The position numbers and the translations under genes were made by a program. From the sequence record MH494197.1: 64,000 nt of DNA; one strand, written 5' to 3'. Shown in pieces: positions 1-12,319 of this stretch (within the stretch, counting starts at the first letter, position 1; every line of letters begins with the position of its first letter). The notes beneath the pieces were generated by a model. That model searched no databases. It saw only the letters and a list, made by a program, of their open reading frames with translations, and was not told the origin of the DNA.

Positions 1-456
1 GGCTGTTCCTGTGGTGCTGGTTGTGGAGCATTGTCAGGTTGAGCTTGTGGTGCAGGACGTTGTTGTTCTTCACCTTTATCATCATCACGATAATCATTCA
101 TCAAGTCACGTGCTGCTGCCAAGAGCAGAACCAACATCTTTAGGAGTAAAAGTACGACGACTGTTATTTCCCAGTGTTTTATATCAAGGTTATTTCCTTT
201 GAAGAATTGTGCAACATCAGCATATGGTACTGATGGCTGTGCTTTACCGTATTTGTGACCAACATAGCGTTTAAATTCAGCCCAAAGACGGTTTGCTTCT
301 GCACCAACTTCTTGTGCACCTTGTTCTATGACCACTACCGAAAAAGCCTTTTACTTTTCCTTTTGCACTATCTACTGCACTTTGTGAACGACTATATGGA
401 CGAGCTTCATTTAGCTCTTCATCATTATAGTCTAACATTTCATTAAGTATACTCAT
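1..456 (-). CDS. Hypothetical, probably virion, protein with a Pro/Gln/Ala-rich region; frameshifted and runs off the window edge
   Basis: Starts MSILNEMLDYNDEELNEARPYSRS at an ATG overlapping the upstream stop; continues across frame breaks (EQGAQEVGAEANRLWAEFKRYVG...PAPQAQPDNAPQPAPQEQ). Confidence 0.55.
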
Positions 457-988
457 GTCTCAATCCTTTTACCAAAACCAGCACTCATATATTGAGAGTA
501 TTTATTGTCACTTTTAACTGCTTCAATCGCATCTTTAACTGTGGTTACAGCACGTTCTTCACCAGCTAAATCATGGCTGTCTTCTGGTTTGCCAAAATCA
601 ACACCAATTACTGGTTCGTAATCGTCAAAGTCAATATCATCTTCGAGTTCGGTCATTTCTTGTTGACGTGGTTCATCTTTACTACGTACACGGATTAGAG
701 CTTCAGTCATACTTAGTAGGTTGCCAATTTCATACATTAGTACGTTTGATTGAACACCACGGTGGCATTTGAAATCAAACATCCAAATTTCACCACAATC
801 TAATTCATAAAATCTAGTGGTCTTTCCATGAAAATAGTTTTCTTTAGTGCACCAATATCAAATGCATCATAACGATCCATTAGGCGTTGTGATACTTTAC
901 TTAGTTGCTCATTGGTAGGTTCAACTGCAAACTTGACTCGGTATTCAAAACTGGTTTTATCCGTTAGGATTTGTTGTAATCTATTCAT
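453..988 (-). CDS. Hypothetical late protein (ORFs 800..988 and 453..782 joined across a frameshift)
   Basis: SD GGAG before the ATG, TAAATA upstream at 1014-1019, continuous coding across one frame break. Confidence 0.55.
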
Positions 989-1012
989 TTTAATAACTCC
1001 AGGTCGTTTAAG

Positions 1013-2022
<1,010 letters not shown>

Positions 2023-3082
2023 TTAAAAATCTCCTAATATGTTGCCTAATCCGAATTTTGAGCTTGCAGAAGAAACGATGCTTCCTAAACCAATAGCATT
2101 TGCACCTCTTGTCACTGCGGAACCTATGTTTCGGATGGTATCAGGAGTAATGTCACCACGAAGGATATCACCAGCACTACTGATTATATCACTAACTGAT
2201 GTTCCTGCTCGGATAATTTTACCAACTGTCGAAATTCCTTTAGTTTTTTGCATCAATCCATCACACCAAGACCTTCAGTATCGGTGATGAGTTGTGCAAT
2301 TTCCATTGTAGGGACACCAATACTCAAGTACCCTTCAGGACCAAAGTTGTTACACGCTTCATAACGCATAGTCAAAGATAATAGTGCTCACCTTCACTTT
2401 CCATAGATTTAGTTTCTAATTGTATATCTTCGATGAATACATTTATCATGTTATGAACTGTATAGGTTTCATTATCAATTTCATAGATATTAATTGATTT
2501 GAAAAGTACTGGTTGTCGTAGTTACCATTGTTCATTACAGAACGACCCCAGTTTCCACCTAAACCATTGAAATTTTCTGGTGTACTGAGTACGTCATTTC
2601 GGTAAGATTGTGGTTCTTGTCAAAGTCACCATAGTAGAACTTACGATATGCGTCCATTAAAAGATATCCAGCACCATCGACGGTATCATAGAAAACAACA
2701 TTACTGGGTTTATAAACAATATCACCAGTAACTAAACGTTTTTGTTGTATTGGTTTACGGTTTCAACACTGAAAGAAAAGCTAGGAAGTGTTACGTCTTT
2801 TACAAAGCACGATACATTATTAACATCAAAATCAGTATGTGTATCTGGGAGTTGAGTTTTAATAAAGTTCTTTGCGAACGGGTTAGTACAAATTCGATAA
2901 TAAAACTGTTCTTAAATTTTGGTAAATTATAGAATGAAAAACCCATTTCACCTGCTGTACCAAACACTCGTTGTGCAGCGTTATAATTTTCAAAAGCTGG
3001 ATCTCTAATGATGTTGATATTGTCAATAACACCATTAACTATACTAGTTCAGTACTGACAAATGAATCAAAAAATCACTCAT
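2023..3082 (-). CDS. Tail-tube-fold baseplate or tube-initiation protein (gp48/gp54/gp19-like); multiply frameshifted
   Basis: LPKFKNSFIIEF...VKDVTLPSFSFSVETVNQYNKKRLVTGDIVYKPSNVVFYD is a typical gp19-fold pattern; adjacent to two tube paralogs. Confidence 0.6.
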
Positions 3083-3092
3083 GGGTTATCTC

Positions 3093-3869
3093 TTATAATC
3101 CAATGCTACCGAAAACACGGTCAATGATATCTAATCCTTGGTTTACGTTTTCAGGTAAAAGTGAATTTATTCTAGTACTGTACATTTCTTCGATATTATC
3201 GAATTGGATACAATTATCAGGTTTTATTGTAATAACCATTTCAACAGGAGAACTTGAACTATAGTCAAGTGAATCATATGATATATTTTGTATAACACAT
3301 CCTGTTAGTACAAAGTACTCCATAACGCCAGCACTATTGTATGATGATCCACCAATGAACTGATCAACAGCGTTGACTAATCCAGTATTGTTGGTAGCGG
3401 CAGTTGTTGCATTAACTAATGTGTTTCTTCCCAAGTCTTCTAGTGTATCATCAGAGTTGCGACCATTCAACATCTGAATGACAATTCCGAACTTATATGA
3501 ACCATAATCATGGTCAGTTCTGGAAGTAATTCTTCGTTGAAAATCTAATTGTTTCTGTAATTGTCTTGACAAGGCTTTTGCTGATGCATTACCAACTGAA
3601 TCACGGATAGTTAAAGTAATTGGGTCCCAATCGTGACTACCAATGTAAGATGTATTTGTTGTAAATTGATATAGTTTATGAGTACTGAAAGTAACAGTAG
3701 GTCTATCAACTTTATCAACATCTAATGCAATGTGATCACGCTCATCTATATCAGTACCGAAATTATATACAATAACACGAAATTTGTATTTTGCTTTCGG
3801 TTGTAACATTGAACGGTTACGTCCTGATGGTAGAGGAACGCCATATTTATTAATCATGTTATTTGCCAT
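3093..3869 (-). CDS. Tail tube-like protein (gp19 family paralog)
   Basis: Intact 258-aa ORF; QPKAKYKFRV, WDPITLTIRDSVG and YDSLDYSSS motifs shared with 3957..4642. Confidence 0.75.
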   Translation of the reverse strand: MANNMINKYGVPLPSGRNRSMLQPKAKYKFRVIVYNFGTDIDERDHIALDVDKVDRPTVTFSTHKLYQFTTNTSYIGSHDWDPITLTIRDSVGNASAKALSRQLQKQLDFQRRITSRTDHDYGSYKFGIVIQMLNGRNSDDTLEDLGRNTLVNATTAATNNTGLVNAVDQFIGGSSYNSAGVMEYFVLTGCVIQNISYDSLDYSSSSPVEMVITIKPDNCIQFDNIEEMYSTRINSLLPENVNQGLDIIDRVFGSIGL

Positions 3870-3903
3870 AGCAACCTCTTTTATTTTATAAGGTATTATA
3901 CTT

Positions 3904-3940
3904 TATTTAGCATAAAAAGCCCCGAACTAGTTCGAGGCTT
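3904..3940 (-). terminator. Intrinsic terminator followed immediately by a TAAATA late-promoter motif
   Basis: Minus strand AAGCCTCGAAC-TA-GTTCGGGGCTTTTT, then TAAATA at 3904-3909. Confidence 0.65.
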
Positions 3941-3956
3941 ACGTTTAAAAGAAAAA

Positions 3957-4642
3957 TTAATTTTCGTAGAAGTTACTATCTGGTAGAGTAGTACTACTAA
4001 TGTTGGTTTGTGCACCACTAATAGAGGTAGCAGTGGATGGGTTACCGAAACCAGTAATTTCATCACCGAACGCTTCACCATTAGGACCGAGTTTTGCACA
4101 GCCGTCTGGTTGAATTGTCATAGAAATAACTTGTGCTTCACTTGAGGAATAATCCCAGTCACCAAAGTTACTAGATTCGATAAAGCAGCCTTGACATACC
4201 CAAGTACTCAAAGTACCTTCAAAAGGTTAGAAGTGTTTTCACTATTGGAGCCATCTAGCTCTTGAATCCACATTTCAAATTTGAACTGGGAATCAGTCAT
4301 ACGAGATTCTTGACTGTAATAGTTAAATTCTTTACGCATTTGGTTATAAAGAGCTTTAGCAGAAGCATTACCAACTGAATCACGGAAAGCCACATCAATA
4401 GTATCCCAAGTATACTTACCTTTATAGTGAGCAGAACTGTTATAACTATGCACAGTGACGTTTTCATGTGATACAGATACAGCACCAACGGTGTTGGTAT
4501 CTAGGGTAATCATATTGCCATCGTCGTTAGCACCGAAGCCAAAGAAAACAACACGGAATTTATATTTTGCTTTAGGTTGTTTCATAGAGATACGACCACC
4601 GCCAGCGAGCGGAACGCCATATCGATCAAGCATTGTAGCCAT
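3957..4642 (-). CDS. Tail tube protein (ORFs 4208..4642 and 3957..4211 joined)
   Basis: QPKAKYKFRV...WDTIDVAFRDSVG...WVCQGCFIESSNFGDWDYSSSEAQVISMTIQPD; lies downstream of the sheath gene. Confidence 0.8.
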
Positions 4643-4735
4643 TTATATTCTCCTGTTATGGAATGACATCTTTATATTATTTATCTATTACACACTTTTA
4701 TTGAAGTATCTCATCAACAGGAAACCAATCTATAT

Positions 4736-4940
4736 TCACACAATACAAGTACTTTTTTCTTGTTTATGATCTGTATAGTTTACACCAACCGACCATTTAC
4801 CATTTGTGTAAACATTGTATTCTCGAATTATACCGACAATGTTCCAAATTTTGTATAAAAGCTTTAAGGATTTTACGGCATCGTCCTGTGTCGCTACAGT
4901 TTTACTTACATCTTGTAATGTTTTTAAGTATTTCTTCCAT
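4736..4940 (-). CDS. Small hypothetical protein between sheath and tube
   Basis: SD AGGA plus ATG at 4940, with a frameshift into ORF 4736..4990. Confidence 0.4.
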
Positions 4941-4991
4941 ATTATTCCTGATCGTTGAATTAATAACATAACGTATTTAATTTTAAACAAT

Positions 4992-5013
4992 AAAAAGGAA
5001 CCAAAAGGTTCCT
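4992..5013 (-). terminator. Intrinsic terminator after the tail sheath gene
   Basis: AAGGAACC-TTTT-GGTTCCTT followed by a T-run. Confidence 0.75.
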
Positions 5014-5020
5014 TAGTGTT

Positions 5021-7670
5021 TTATTGAGTCTTTTCAATACGAATAGGTACGTAAATGAAGTTGATAGACTTAGTAGGTTGGATTGCAATATCCATCCAAA
5101 GTTCGTTACGGTCAATACGTTCAGAAGTGTTGTTACTTTCGTCACAAACTACTGCGAAGTTGTATAGACCTTGTTGTTGAACGATTTCAGCTAGAAGCTA
5201 TTCACTACACCACTGAATTCCTGACGAGTACTTGGAGTATTCAAACGGAATAGGAATGGTTCAGAGATGATTTCTAGTTGACGACGAATGTAAACAACCA
5301 AACGAGCAACGTTAACACGGCTTAGTGCAGAGGTTTGGTTAGCAGATAGTGTTTTATCACCATATACTAGCAAGCCACGGTTAGGACGCATTGCAATTGG
5401 GTTAATGTTGTTGGTATACATCACGTCACGTTGACCTTGGTTGTATACTACTGGTTGATATTCACCTTCACTGTTAATGAAACCAGTACTTGCAGCGTTG
5501 GTTACAACACCACGAGTAGTACCAGCAGGTGGATACCATACAAAACTAACACTATCACTGTACGCATAGGTACGCATTGCAACAGTACTGCCCGGAACCG
5601 CTACTTCTTCACCATCAACGTTAGTACTTAGACACCAGCCCATGTACTGAGCAGCATAATCATATGCAGAAGTACGGCCTACTGAACCATTACTTGGTGC
5701 GTTATTCGCGTTAGTAGCCCATTCTTGAACTGCACTACCGTTTCCGGTTGGGTTCAAACGAGCAGGTACATCAGTTACAATGAACGCTGTTTCTTTACGA
5801 TCAGTGTTTAGGGTAATACATTCATCTAGAGTTTCTACATAACCGGAACACAGATTAGGTTGAAGTCGATGAATTCAGAACGGATATCATCATTACCGAC
5901 GATTACAGCAGCTAGTGCTTCAACGATTAGTTTGCGTTGTGCTGCACGACCGAATAGACCTGCACCATCAAGACTAACACCACTAACAACTTGCCATTGA
6001 CCATTAACCATTTTCTTAACAACACCTTCGGTATTACCGAGGTCAATTGCAAAGCATACCATTCTGATAAAGAGCAGCAGAAGCAACTTGTTCAGGGAAG
6101 TTAAAGTCAGCGAAAATCATACCGTTTAGAGTACTTTGGTCAGTATTGTCTAGTTTAACCCACTCACCATCAACGTTACGATAGAAATCATAACCATCAA
6201 TGCCTTGAGATAGAGGGCGTACCCAAATTAGGCGGTCAGCCGATGGCTCATCAACTTGAACGTATTTGTTATCTTCTTGTACTAGATCCCATTCGTCATT
6301 TGCAACATCTGCAATGTACATGGTAACAGTTAGGTTATCTGAATTACCGAAATCATACCAAATAGTACCGTCTTTAGCAATACTACGTGGAACAGAAGAG
6401 CTAACACGCAAGTTATTAACGTTAACTAGAGAATAGTTGTTACTATCTACAGTTAGTTTAGCTAGTTCATTCGCTGCAAAATATCATCACCGCTTTGGGT
6501 AACTTTAAAGCTATAACCTTTGGTGTTTGTAACTACCAAACCGCCATTAGATTCACGTTTGAATTTGAATCCATCATTGATAAGATCAGCACTAACATTT
6601 AGATTATCGATGATAGTTTGAGTATTAATTACGCCACCTTGTGGTACTGCAAGTACTTTAACAGATTTGTTTAGGTAAGCGAAAGTCAAATAACTATTTT
6701 CACCAGCTTGCTCAATAACAGTTTCACCTAGTGGTACTGCTGGAGCACTAATTGCTGATAGTTTTGCACTTTGAATATAGAAAGAGAAACTCTTACTATC
6801 GTCATCAAAACGGCAAGCAATATAACTGTTGTTTAGTACACCACTCTTAGCTTCAACTTCTTGGAAAGAATTACCAGTATATGCTGGAACGATATTCCAA
6901 ACTTGAGTTAGAGATGCATAACGTTTTAGAACAAAGCGAGTGCCAAAATAGTTTGAACCATTTTGAGTATAACCATCACGAATCCATACGTTACCTTGTT
7001 CAACAGTTGAACCAACTGGAACTTTGTTGATTGGTGATAGATAAGTTTCAACCTGTACTAGACCAGATGCTGCACGTTTGTACATAAGCATTTGACCATT
7101 GGCTTATAACGTAGAACTAGATCATCAACGTTTAGACCAACTAGGCTAACATCGTCAACTTCTTCAGAACTTACGATGGTAACAGGCTTCAATTGCCAGT
7201 CATAGAAGCTGCTTGGGCTGTCTTTCTTAGCAACATAAGCTTCAATTTGTGATTGAGCAGCATCAAACCATAGAGTACCATTTGGTACTGGGCCAGTTAG
7301 TGCAGTTGCACTTGGTGATAGTTGAGCCAAATCGATATCAGCACGAATAACATATGCACGGTTGGTGATACCTAGATAAGAATATACAGCATGTAGACCA
7401 TATTCGTTTAGTTCGTCACCTTGAACAACTGAACCATTGTTCATTTGGAAAATTGGTGAGCCAAATGTATCTAGTGAGCTTTTCTGTGATGTTAGTAGCT
7501 GTAGTTTACCAGCGTTTGCTTTAGTGGTTCCCGCAGCGATTGCACTGCTACGAACAAGTTTGTCTTCAGCAGTAGCGATTACAAATAGTGGTACTGTGCA
7601 GCAGCAGCAGTACTCATACTTTCATCAGTTACTGAAATGGAAACGCCGGTGAGAGTAGATCTCCTGCCAT
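5021..7670 (-). CDS. Tail sheath protein (gp18 family); about six frameshifted pieces
   Basis: N-terminus MAGDLLSPGVSISVTDES; DIRSEFIDFNL, NINPIA, YGDKTL, LSRVNVARLVVYIRRQL; C-terminus DIAIQPTKSINFIYVPIRIEKTQ*. Confidence 0.92.
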
Positions 7671-7720
7671 ATTAAATCCTCCAAAAATAATTGGTTATTC
7701 GAATTATATTCGTATAGTCT

Positions 7721-7726
7721 TATTTA
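7721..7726 (-). promoter_or_regulatory. T4-type late promoter core TAAATA upstream of the sheath gene
   Basis: The same hexamer precedes other structural or lysis genes (1014, 3904, 4678, 9577, 26513, 36310) and the Dps-like gene (23276). Confidence 0.6.
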
Positions 7727-8388
7727 TTGAAGGATTTGAATGTCAAGTCCTAATTGTTTTAATTTCACTTATTGGCATAAATAACGCTCAATGCTTGTTG
7801 GTGCAACGCTTCAATTGTGCTATTATTTTGTACAATGATATCAGGATTATTGATACCAATCCACGCCCATTCAGATTCATGAACTGATTCTAACTCAATT
7901 GGTTTCATGCTAATATCACCTTTATTAAAGATGCTGCTAAACCATACCAGTGTGGGAGGGTACGCTGAACTTCAATCACAATACCATTTAATGAACGAAT
8001 CATTTTTAGTTCATTTGGGAATCGACAGTCAGTAATGATAATATTCCCTTCAACAGATTGCATTGACTTCTCTAAACTATGGACCCAAATATCATTATGA
8101 AAGTACTTACGCAAAATATTAGTACCGTAATTCTGTAATACCCATCGAGGGAAACATCATCACGCCCCAACTTCTCGCACCAGTACTGGTCTGGCTCTTC
8201 ACGGAGTTTACGACTTTCCTTAGTCGAACCCTCAAGCATTTCACGATCCATCCAAAGATAGCAGCAACTGAATCTTTAAGATTAGTTGCAAATGACATTC
8301 TTGTGTAACCATTATTGATAAAAGTTTCACCAAAAGTATCTTTGCCACTACCGATAGTACCGTTAATTGCAATTATTTGTCTTTCCAT
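7724..8388 (-). CDS. Deoxynucleoside monophosphate kinase (T4 gp1-like); frameshifted
   Basis: IIAINGTIGSGKDT P-loop, SFATNLKDSVAAIFGW, IITDCRFPNE, VHESEWAW. Confidence 0.88.
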
Positions 8389-8406
8389 AATACTTCTCCA
8401 TGTATA

Positions 8407-8685
8407 TTATATAAGTACTACTAAATCCTTTCCTACTAAACATTCAAGTAATCCAACTATAAACTCACTCCCATAATATATAGTAACATAAGTGATGTAG
8501 AATGTTTCACCATTATCATCACGACATATACTCGCCCACGCGTTTATTCGATCTCTACCGAAAACATCTACGATTGATTCTTTTATAAATTTCCAGTTCT
8601 TTTCGGTTGATTCATAATCCAATGTAGGTGCTCCACAAGTATATTTGTTATACATTGCATACACTGCATCTATGTTGTTATTCAT
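8407..8685 (-). CDS. Hypothetical protein
   Basis: Intact 92-aa ORF with an SD; TGA-TATAAT -10 element upstream near 8713. Confidence 0.55.
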   Translation of the reverse strand: MNNNIDAVYAMYNKYTCGAPTLDYESTEKNWKFIKESIVDVFGRDRINAWASICRDDNGETFYITYVTIYYGSEFIVGLLECLVGKDLVVLI

Positions 8686-8759
8686 GTCAGGTTCCTTTAG
8701 ATTAATATTATCATTATATCACAACATATAAAAAGACCCCATATAGAGTCTTTTTTGTT

Positions 8760-9546
8760 TTATCCGATAATCATTCCAAGTGGATCACCACCATCTTTGT
8801 ATCTCTTCAACTGTTCTTTAAGCTGTTCTTGAAGTTGTGCACCTTCATTACGTAATGTATCACCATCCATAGAGAATGTACCCTGTGGTCCGCAATGTAG
8901 CAAATTTAGCACGGTTGCGACCCAACATAATCATAGCTTCAGACAATGCCCAGTCACGTAGCCAAGGATAGCTTTGTTGACGTTGGAATAGCAATGGTTC
9001 AGGTATATTATGATATACATGTAATAGCACTTCTTCAGTACCACGAATATCACGGTCAATTATTAGTTTTTGGTCATTGGGTTGAACTGGAAGATGATTT
9101 CTCTACCAAACATACGCCCAACTAATTCTTGGAACTGAAAACTAAAATCATAAGTAGTTAAGTCATAACCACCAGCGTTACGTGCAGACGTTAAAAGGTA
9201 AGTGTTGGTAAATGCGAGTGAAAAGGGTCTACTGAGTTACCACTTCCAGAACTTAGATAACCGTTACCATAACGATAAATCTGTTTGACAATTTCAACTT
9301 CAGTAGGAGCATGTATACAGATTGTGAATCATAGAATTTCATGTTCAAGAATGCTTCTTCTTTTGAAGCAGAACTCCATGCTCGGTAGTTTGATACCGCA
9401 TTATCAATTGCAATTTCCAATTGACCATCAGTAATTTCAACTTCAACTGCACCAGCACCTAACATTTGAGTGATAACATCTTTCAGTTTTTCACGATGAT
9501 CAAAGTTTGGAGCATCTGGGTTTCCACCCATATAATCGTAAGACAT
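8760..9546 (-). CDS. Neck protein (T4 gp13-like); frameshifted
   Basis: LKDVITQMLGAGAVEVEITDGQLEIAIDNAV, WLRDWALSEAMIMLGRNRAKF...GPQGTFSMDGDTLRNEG, C-terminus GGDPLGMIIG*. Confidence 0.85.
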
Positions 9547-9754
9547 AAAAAGCACCTCATTAATGTTTATATACATTATTTAGAGGTGCTAATAGTTATT
9601 TGGAATTATACAAGCAATACAAGTATACCATAGGAGCAAAATGTTCGGTATCAACTAAGTATATTAACTGGGTGTCATATATACCGTACAAATCTCGAAA
9701 TTTATCTCTGTACAGCAACAATGACTTATTGTTGTGTGGAGTCAACCCAGTACT

Positions 9755-10183
9755 TTAAGTCATTGTAGTGCAACGTGTTATTACGGTAACCTGATAATAT
9801 TTGTTTTTAGCCAACTTTTTACAATTACTTAGTAAATGCATGATGGCATCAGCGGTAAATGGTCCCAGTACTAAAACTTCTTCTCCATTACCGAAGATAC
9901 TCAATGGTACAGATTGTTGTCCTGCTAGATATTCGATTTGTTCTAATTCGAAAATGTCATCAGCAGCATAAACAACCTGTTCCATTTCATTATCTTTAAT
10001 CCATGACTGCCAATGTTCTTTAAACTGCTTCGCTTCGTATTCCAGTACATAGTTAGGTGATTCTGGATTGTACTGATGTAGCATTGTCATACCAGCCATA
10101 ACCAGTTCTTTTGGTGATGGAGTAGAATCTTTCAGTACTACGATAGCTTGGATAGTTTTAACTTTAACGTTTTGAGCAGCCAT
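9755..10183 (-). CDS. Peptidyl-tRNA hydrolase type 2 (Pth2)-fold protein, degenerate
   Basis: QAIVVLKD...W..W...VV.A....EL......A....VP.....VLVLGP...I..L...K.L follows the Pth2 pattern; aligned from memory only. Confidence 0.5.
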   Translation of the reverse strand: MAAQNVKVKTIQAIVVLKDSTPSPKELVMAGMTMLHQYNPESPNYVLEYEAKQFKEHWQSWIKDNEMEQVVYAADDIFELEQIEYLAGQQSVPLSIFGNGEEVLVLGPFTADAIMHLLSNCKKLAKNKYYQVTVITRCTTMT

Positions 10184-10518
10184 TAGATACCTCTATTATA
10201 GAATGATTTTGTTATCAGGAACAATCAGTGCTGGTTTTCTTCGATAGCCTTGATTGCTTCAACATAAGCTTCAACTAGTGCAGGGTTTGCATCGCTGATG
10301 CTAATGATGTTGGATTTATAAAAATAACGCCTTTTTCAGAACTAATGAATTCTAGGTAATCACGTAGAATGATTTCACCTTGTTCGTCAGTACCTAGCTG
10401 TGCTGGGTAGTTAACTACTACTGCTTCTGGTGCATCATTTTGTAGAATTGCTAGTACTGCCAACGCTGTTGATGTTTAGTAGTTTAACGGTCATAGTCAT
10501 TTTGTCAAGTCCTTTTGT

Positions 10519-10995
10519 TTATTTTAGAAAGTATAAGTGTTTTTCTGCATTAACCAGTCTGTGGTCAATGATTTCTTTGATAACGTTCCAGTTACCACCG
10601 CCTAAATCGGCTCCAATTTTCGGGAAGTGTACATGAACAGTGCGTTCAACGTTACATAAGTAATTGAGTTGTTTGAAAACATCATCGATTGCATCATAAC
10701 TCACATACTTAGAACCGTCATTACCATAGTACTTTTGGGTAATGCAGTTTGCGATAAGCAAATCATCACTTATAGAAGAATATGAAATTTGTCCTGTTCT
10801 TAGAAATCCCATTTCCTTTTCATATGCTTTATAATCATCATATGCCATCGGATAACGATTTCTTAGTTCTTTTGCAAAACCCGAACCCATCTTACCCTGT
10901 GCATTACAACCATGAGCGATTATATGCAACGCGGTTTGATCATCAGTAACAGTGTTGAACAATTCAAACAAATTACCTAGGTGTTCATGTATCAT
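10519..10995 (-). CDS. Macro-domain protein (T4 Tk.4-like ADP-ribose hydrolase fold)
   Basis: HIIAHGCNAQGKMGSGFAKELRNRYP, IANCITQKYYG, HFPKIGADLGGGNW. Confidence 0.85.
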   Translation of the reverse strand: MIHEHLGNLFELFNTVTDDQTALHIIAHGCNAQGKMGSGFAKELRNRYPMAYDDYKAYEKEMGFLRTGQISYSSISDDLLIANCITQKYYGNDGSKYVSYDAIDDVFKQLNYLCNVERTVHVHFPKIGADLGGGNWNVIKEIIDHRLVNAEKHLYFLK

Positions 10996-11011
10996 TATAT
11001 TCTCCGAAAGA

Positions 11012-11035
11012 AAGGACTCTGTAATCAGAGTCCTT
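11012..11035 (-). terminator. Intrinsic terminator
   Basis: 9-bp stem AAGGACTCT/AGAGTCCTT with a T-run on the minus strand. Confidence 0.7.
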
Positions 11036-11569
11036 AATTTATATTTTATTCTTCTTCACCGAATCGAATTTTTTCAATTCTTTTCGTTGTTTGCGAGCAA
11101 TGGTACTTTTGTGAAGTCTATTACCACGTTTTGTGTCTTTCGTAATGTACCATGAATCTTCTGGTGCATCATAATCACAATAACCATCTTCTGTAATCGT
11201 CCCTAAGAAAGCAGACTTTTAGGAATGGATGTTTGAGCTTTAGCAGCGAATTGGCCTTTTGCTAATTGTTCACGAAAACTGAGCATAATAGTATCTCCCA
11301 AATTGTTACGAAGAACTTGTGTTCTTCATTATTAGGGTTGCTCGAAACCTCTACTGAAGCGATGAATGCCAAAATATCATCTTTACTGAAAGCTTCAATA
11401 ATATAAGCAACCGCTTTATCGTACTGTTCTTTCTTAGTAGTGTATTCTTTCATTTTGTGAATTTTACGTTGTGCTTTAACTTTTGCAGCTTCCATATCAG
11501 GCATTTTAAATTCAACACCCAATGTGTCAGCTAAATGTTTTGCACGAGATGATACTTTATCAATATTCA

Positions 11570-11814
11570 TTAATTCCAGCGACCTTCTTTAAGACCTTCA
11601 ACGAAACCAGTACAGCCACGGAACGTAAACATCGTTTACGAAAATTTGTGGAACCTGTCGTACTGGCTCACCACATAGTTCAGATAGTTTAGCACCATCA
11701 ATACCAGCGGTAACATATCGATAAACTCCATATCAAATTTGTTATTTTCACATACTGCTTTAGCAGTGTCGCAGAATTACAACCAGTAGTGCGACCATAA
11801 ATTTTAACTTTCAT
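11570..11814 (-). CDS. Glutaredoxin (NrdH/NrdC-like); frameshifted
   Basis: MKVKIYGRTTGCNSCDTAKAVC (CxxC motif), EPVRQVPQIF. Confidence 0.8.
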
Positions 11815-11863
11815 TTCTTTTCCTTTATTTCGTTGAAACATCGTAACAGCCTTTATTATACTG

Positions 11864-12244
11864 TTACATTCGTTCAGTCAAATACTTTTGACAATCTAGT
11901 ACATCAATGTACATGAACTTATCCAATTCTGGGTGACTTCTACCATATCTGTTTGTGTAAGTACTTTTACACTCCAACTCTTCTGGTATAGGCTTATCTT
12001 TGGCTGTATAGAAAAATAAAACTAAACGTTTCCCTTTCTATACGATACATCACCAAGAAACAGAAGATCATCTTCATCGATTTCATATCCTGTCTCTTCG
12101 TAGCATTCACGTACAGCAGCCTCTTTAAATGTTTCTGTACCTTCAGTTTTACCTTTAGGTAAGTCCCAGTGATTCTGTCCGTGTTGTATGCCCGATAAGT
12201 ATCTGACCATCACGATAAAATATTATACCACAGCTATAACGCAT
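11864..12244 (-). CDS. Nudix hydrolase; frameshifted
   Basis: HWDLPKGKTEGTETFKEAAVRECYEETG Nudix box; C-terminal HPELDKF. Confidence 0.88.
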
Positions 12245-12319
12245 AATCTTATCTCTTTATCATCAAGTGATGTTCAGATACTAGTAATTATATCAGAAGA
12301 TGTTAACTTGTCCCAGCTT

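Noticed and set aside
5021-7670. Programmed frameshifting or pseudogenisation of the sheath and other genes
   Set aside because: Too many breaks in essential genes, mostly at homopolymers; sequencing error is far more parsimonious.
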